A stretch of 64,000 nucleotides of DNA from an uncultured Bacteroidales bacterium. Its GTDB lineage: Bacteria; Bacteroidota; Bacteroidia; Bacteroidales; VadinHA17. A program made the translations under genes and the position numbers. The notes below the pieces were generated by a model. That model was not told the DNA's origin and searched no databases. It saw only the letters and a program-made list of their open reading frames with translations. Shown piece after piece: positions 59,465 through 64,000 of this stretch (position 1 is the stretch's first letter; each line of letters opens with the position of its first letter). The stretch lies in the NCBI GenBank assembly GCA_963746685.1, contig CAVVBY010000006.1, positions 11,511 to 75,510 of the forward strand, given 5' to 3'.

Positions 59465-59869
59465 ATGGAAACAGCAGCAACAAAATATAAAGGAGATTTA
59501 AGGACAGAGATCACTCATCTCAGATCTGGAAGCGTTATTAATACGGATGCACCGCTCGATAACAAAGGGAAAGGTGAGAATTTCTCATCTACCGACCTTG
59601 TAGCTTCTGCTCTCGGAAGCTGCATCTTTACAATTATGGGAATTGCAGCAAGAGAGCACGGATTCTCAATCGATGGAGCATCCTGCAAAATCACCAAGAT
59701 TATGACAGAAAAGCCGCGAAAGATAGGGGAGATAAAGATTGATTTTGACTTTACAGAGAATGAATATACTGACAAACAGAAGAAAATACTTGAGTATTGT
59801 GTAAAATCCTGCCCCGTTGCCCTTTCGCTTAACGAGTCAGTTTTTCAGAATGTGAAGCTGATATTCTGA
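59465..59869 (+). CDS. OsmC family protein
   Basis: TDAP.DN.GKG..FS.TDL, LGSC, CPVA. Confidence 0.9.
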   Translation: METAATKYKGDLRTEITHLRSGSVINTDAPLDNKGKGENFSSTDLVASALGSCIFTIMGIAAREHGFSIDGASCKITKIMTEKPRKIGEIKIDFDFTENEYTDKQKKILEYCVKSCPVALSLNESVFQNVKLIF

Positions 59870-59882
59870 ATGCGGAATTATT

Positions 59883-60764
59883 TCAGAATAAAGCAGAATC
59901 AGTTAAGGAATCTTTATTTATCTTTTTTATCAGACCCTGAAGGACCTTCCCGGGACCGACTTCAGTAAAAGATGCCGCTCCGTCAGAAATCATATTCCTG
60001 ATGGTCTGGGTCCATCTTACAGGTGATGTCAATTGAGCAACAAGATTAGCCTTTATTTCAGCAGGGTCAGATGATGGTCTGCCAGTAACATTCTGATAAA
60101 TCGGACAGACAGGTTTATGGAAATGAGTATTATGGATTGCTTCTTCAAGCTCAATCCTTGCAGGTTCCATAAGGGGTGAATGAAATGCTCCTCCCACAGC
60201 AAGCTTTACAGCCATTTTAGCACCTTTTGCCTTAAGGATTTCTATTGCTTTTTCGACTCCTTCGGTCGAGCCTGAAATAACGATCTGCCCCGGGCAGTTG
60301 TAATTCGCGGGTACAACTATTTCATTGATCTCCGCACATGTTTCTTCAACGACCTTGTCATCCAGTCCGATAATTGCAGCCATGGAGGAGGGAGTTACTT
60401 CACAGGCTTTCTGCATGGCATGCGCTCTTTTCGAAACAAGGATAAGTCCGTCCTCAAAAGAGAGAGTCTTAATGGCAGTAAGAGCTGAAAATTCACCAAG
60501 TGAATGTCCTGCAACCATTTCAGGCTTAAAGGAATCGGCAAGGTGAGCTGCAAGAATTGTTGAATGAAGAAAAATTGCTGGCTGGGTCACTTTAGTTTGT
60601 TTCAGGTCTTCGTCAGTACCATTAAACATCAGGTCGGTGATCCTGAATCCAAGTATTGAGTTTGCCTTTTCAAACATCTCCTTTGCCAGGAGGGAGTTAT
60701 TATACAGATCGTTACCCATTCCGGGGTATTGTGCCCCCTGACCGGGAAAAACATATGCTTTCAT
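59883..60764 (-). CDS. fabD: malonyl-CoA:ACP transacylase
   Basis: FPGQGAQ, GHSLGE, GAFHS, EVGPG. Confidence 0.97.
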   Translation of the reverse strand: MKAYVFPGQGAQYPGMGNDLYNNSLLAKEMFEKANSILGFRITDLMFNGTDEDLKQTKVTQPAIFLHSTILAAHLADSFKPEMVAGHSLGEFSALTAIKTLSFEDGLILVSKRAHAMQKACEVTPSSMAAIIGLDDKVVEETCAEINEIVVPANYNCPGQIVISGSTEGVEKAIEILKAKGAKMAVKLAVGGAFHSPLMEPARIELEEAIHNTHFHKPVCPIYQNVTGRPSSDPAEIKANLVAQLTSPVRWTQTIRNMISDGAASFTEVGPGKVLQGLIKKINKDSLTDSALF

Positions 60765-60778
60765 AAGATATTATTTAT

Positions 60779-60850
60779 TTTCCCGCAGATAGCGCTGATC
60801 TGCGCAGATTTAACAAGAGATCTGCGAAAATCTGCGAAATCTGCGGGAAA
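60779..60850. repeat. composite inverted repeat of CGCAGAT/ATCTGCG units
   Basis: tttcccgcagat...atctgcgggaaa; related half element at 12355-12375. Confidence 0.7.
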
Positions 60851-60855
60851 TATTT

Positions 60856-61503
60856 TTAATGCAGGTTTGATCCTATGAGATGAACAAATTCTTCGCGCGT
60901 ATTTAGCTGATCGAGAAATATTCCGGTGAAGGCAGAAGTCGTTGTAACTGAATGTTGCTTCTGTATTCCCCTTATCTGCATGCACATATGCTGAGCTTCT
61001 ATAACAACAGCCACCCCCATGGGATTAAGGCAATCCTGAAGGCAGTTTCTTATCTGCATGGTCAGTCTTTCCTGGACCTGGAGCCTCCGGGCAAATGCAT
61101 CAACAACCCTTGCAATTTTACTCAGTCCGGTTATGTAGCCATTCGGAATATACGCAACATGAGCTTTTCCGAAAAATGGGAGCATATGGTGCTCACACAT
61201 AGAGTAGAGTTCGATATCCTTAACAATTACCATCTGCTTATAATCTTCCTTGAATTTCGCGGAGTTTATTATTTCACATGGATTCTGATCGTATCCCATT
61301 GTCATGAAATTAAGTGCTTTGGCAACTCTCACGGGTGTTCCCTTCAGTCCTTCACGATCAGGATCTTCACCAATCAGCTTAAGAACTCTGTAATAAATCG
61401 ATGACAATTCGTTAATGTTGTCAGCATCCCAGGATTCAATTTTATTATACCCTTTTGGAGATATTCCGCTGCCGTTATTTATAGTTTCAATTTTCTTAGC
61501 CAT
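60856..61503 (-). CDS. folE: GTP cyclohydrolase I
   Basis: [33 protein letters not shown]. Confidence 0.97.
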   Translation of the reverse strand: MAKKIETINNGSGISPKGYNKIESWDADNINELSSIYYRVLKLIGEDPDREGLKGTPVRVAKALNFMTMGYDQNPCEIINSAKFKEDYKQMVIVKDIELYSMCEHHMLPFFGKAHVAYIPNGYITGLSKIARVVDAFARRLQVQERLTMQIRNCLQDCLNPMGVAVVIEAQHMCMQIRGIQKQHSVTTTSAFTGIFLDQLNTREEFVHLIGSNLH

Positions 61504-61907
61504 AATATTCAATAGTATTATTTTCAGTTTCACCAATTTTTATGCAGTGAAGAACAGCACCTTCTTTTTCAATGGCTGGTTTCAGTTCATTCCAGATTGA
61601 TATTGCAAGATTCTCGGTGGTGGCAATTTTCCCATGCATAAAACTGACTTCAATATTTAAATTTTTATGATCAACCTTATCAATGATCTTCTCTTTAATT
61701 ATCTGCTTAAGTGTACTCAGGTTTATAAAAAGACCGAGCTCTTCAGAAATATCACCCTTCTACTGTAACATGAAGGACATAGTTATGTCCATGCCAGTTG
61801 GGATTTGAACATTTGCCGAAAACCTTGAAATTTTCTTCATCTGACCAATCTTCCCTGTACATCCTGTGGGCAGCGCTAAATTGTTCTTTACGTGTAATGT
61901 AGATCAT
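61496..61907 (-). CDS. queD: 6-carboxytetrahydropterin/6-pyruvoyltetrahydropterin synthase (frameshifted; missed by ORF track)
   Basis: [15 protein letters not shown]...[13 protein letters not shown]...[11 protein letters not shown] read on minus strand. Confidence 0.85.
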
Positions 61908-62013
61908 AAACAGGCCATTAACGCTGCAATATTAACCAATTAAGTTGATCTTTTTCAATCTGAAAACAATATATTTATGCGGTTATTTAGTCAAACGGTA
62001 TTTCCTTAGAATC

Positions 62014-62695
62014 ATGCCTCTTAGAATTTTATTTGTAACAGCCACGTCTTCTGAAGCAGATACTTTGAAAATGATACCTGGAATGCAAATTATCCCTGAA
62101 GGATTTTCATTCGAAGGTAATGAGATCATTCCCCTTGTTACAGGTGTCGGATCAGTTGCTACGGCATGGGCAATGACCAAACAGTTTCTCATCCGGCTTA
62201 AAACCTGATCTTGCCATAAACATTGGCATAGCCGGAAGTTTCAGGGATGATCTGCCGACCGGGGAAGTAGTGGTACCTGTATCTGATTGTTTTGCCGATG
62301 CAGGTGTTGAGACAAGAAATGGTTTTCTTACACTTGCTGAGGCAGGTTTGGAAGATCCTGACACATTTCCATTCAGGTCCGGAAGGATATTTTCGGAAAA
62401 CAGATTTGTTTCAAGGGCGGTTAAACTGCTCCGGCCGGTAAATGCAATTACTGTAAATACGGCAACTGGATTTCAAAATAATATCAAAATGATATCAGAA
62501 AGATATCATCCTGATATCGAAACGATGGAAGGAGCCGCTTTTTTCTATGTTTGCAGCAAGGAGAATATTCCTTTTCTTGCAATCAGGGCAGTATCTAACA
62601 GGGTGGAACCCCGCAACAGGAAGAAATGGAACATTCCGCTTGCCATTAATAACCTTTCGGAAAAGCTTAGAGAAGTATTATTGTTAATTGAATAA
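62014..62695 (+). CDS. mqnB: futalosine hydrolase (frameshifted)
   Basis: TGVG, GIAGS, ETMEGAA, RAVSNRVEPR..W; next to mqnD. Confidence 0.85.
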
Positions 62696-62699
62696 AAAA

Positions 62700-63533
62700 A
62701 TGAAATTAACACTTGGATTTTCACCTTGCCCTAACGATACATTCATTTTTGATGCACTGGTAAATGGCAGGATAGATACTGAAGGACTTGAATTCGATTA
62801 TTTTCTTGCTGATGTTGAGGATCTTAACAGAAGAGCATTTGCTTCCGAAGCTGACATTACAAAGATAAGCTGTCACGCTTATGCTTATGCAGCCGCTGAT
62901 TATCTGATCCTTGATTCCGGCAGTGCACTGGGGTACGGTAACGGACCACTTTTGATATGCAAACATCCTGTCGAACCTGAAAAGCTTGAAAGATGCAAGG
63001 ATTGCTATCCCCGGCAAATATACAACTGCAAACCTGCTGTTCAGTATAGCCTGGCCTGAAGCCCTGAATAAAACAGAATATCTTTTTTCGGATATTGAGG
63101 AAGTCCTGCTCAGAGAGGAAGCCGATGCAGGGCTTATAATTCACGAAACACGATTTACATATCCAGAGAAAAGGACTTCAGAAAATTGCAGATATGGGTG
63201 AATTCTGGGAACGGCTTACCGGACTTCCCATTCCTCTTGGTTCAATAGTGATTCACCGCCGGATACCTGAAGATATTGCACTGAAATTTAACAGGATCCT
63301 TCGCAGAAGCATTGAATACGCCAAAGAAAATACCCTGGCATCATATGATTTTGTGGCTTCACATGCAAGGGAGATGGAAAGTACCGTGATGAATAGTCAT
63401 ATAGACCTGTTTGTCAATGATTTTTCTATAAACTCTTGGAACCGATGGGAGAAAGGCCCTTTCAGAGCTTTTCAGAATTGCCCATAAAAAGGGAATTACT
63501 CCGGCAGTGCCGGATCGTATTTTTCTTACATGA
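62700..63533 (+). CDS. mqnD: 1,4-dihydroxy-6-naphthoate synthase (frameshifted)
   Basis: GFSPCPNDTFIF, DVEDLN, PGKYTTANLL, IIHETRFTY, LPIPLG. Confidence 0.93.
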
Positions 63534-63621
63534 CTTCAACAATAATGAAATTCAAAATGACTATTTTTGAAAGACAGCTTTTTGAATCTACTAATATCAA
63601 TTAATCTTAAATCCGAAAGTC

Positions 63622-64000
63622 ATGGCATTTGAATTACCAAAGCTTCCGTATAAACCTGATGCACTTTCTCCGTTTATAAGTGCAGAAACCATTGAATTCC
63701 ATTATGGCAAACATCATCAGGCTTATGTGAATAATCTGAACGGGCTGGTTCCCGGTACCGAATTTGAAAACTCTGATCTTGAGTCGATTATCAAAAAGGC
63801 TGAAGGTCCCGTATTCAATAATGCCGCCCAGATCTGGAACCACACTTTTTATTTTGAGTCATTTTCAAAAGATGGCAGAAAAGTGCCCGCCGGCCTGCTT
63901 GCTGATGCAATTAACAAATCATTCGGCTCCTTCGAATCATTCAAGGAACTTTTCACCAAATCTGCTGCAACACTTTTCGGTTCAGGATGGGCATGGCTCA
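63622..64000 (+). CDS. sod: Fe/Mn superoxide dismutase (3'-truncated by window edge)
   Basis: [10 protein letters not shown]...[14 protein letters not shown]...[13 protein letters not shown]...FGSGWAW. Confidence 0.95.
   Translation, partial: MAFELPKLPYKPDALSPFISAETIEFHYGKHHQAYVNNLNGLVPGTEFENSDLESIIKKAEGPVFNNAAQIWNHTFYFESFSKDGRKVPAGLLADAINKSFGSFESFKELFTKSAATLFGSGWAWL

Noticed and set aside
60761..60985. 74-aa minus ORF containing PADFADFRR
   Set aside because: Out-of-frame overlap with folE plus translation of the palindromic repeat
17660..63533. Programmed frameshifting, recoding or mass pseudogenisation
   Set aside because: Breaks are indels at random positions in essential genes with no common slippery site or in-frame stop pattern; assembly error is more parsimonious
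63634..63843. 69-aa minus-strand ORF
   Set aside because: Antisense shadow of the sod gene

Overview
A housekeeping-rich chromosomal segment from a Bacteroidota organism, most likely Bacteroidales. This rests on TAnnTTTG promoters, gldD/gldE, a T9SS cargo protein and the porG-like/uppS/bamA/skp/skp/murI gene order. Recognisable genes: rplQ, eno, a UbiD/MqnL decarboxylase, ppk2, hisS, an ECF sigma operon, ychF, an M14 peptidase, a PafA-like protein, GGGP synthase, gldD/E, ssb, HU, bS22, rne/rng, dsbD, lnt, pth, rplY, prs, engB, manA, udk, pdxJ, nadK, uppS, bamA, skp x2, murI, korAB, two tandem receiver/PPDK_N proteins, osmC, fabD, folE, queD, mqnB, mqnD and sod. Many genes, including essential ones, are split by single-base indels, which most likely reflects uncorrected assembly errors. 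No rRNA, tRNA, CRISPR array or transposase was found. The most striking unexplained signal is a ~480-nt non-coding, hairpin-dense unit downstream of eno (about 2006-2495) with its own promoter and terminator, a candidate large structured ncRNA. Other notable signals are a 5S-rRNA loop-E mimic in the rplY leader, four matching ECF-type promoters, a second sRNA candidate at ~28.3 kb, and several enzymes with altered catalytic motifs. All assignments come from motif recognition by eye; no database searches were run.
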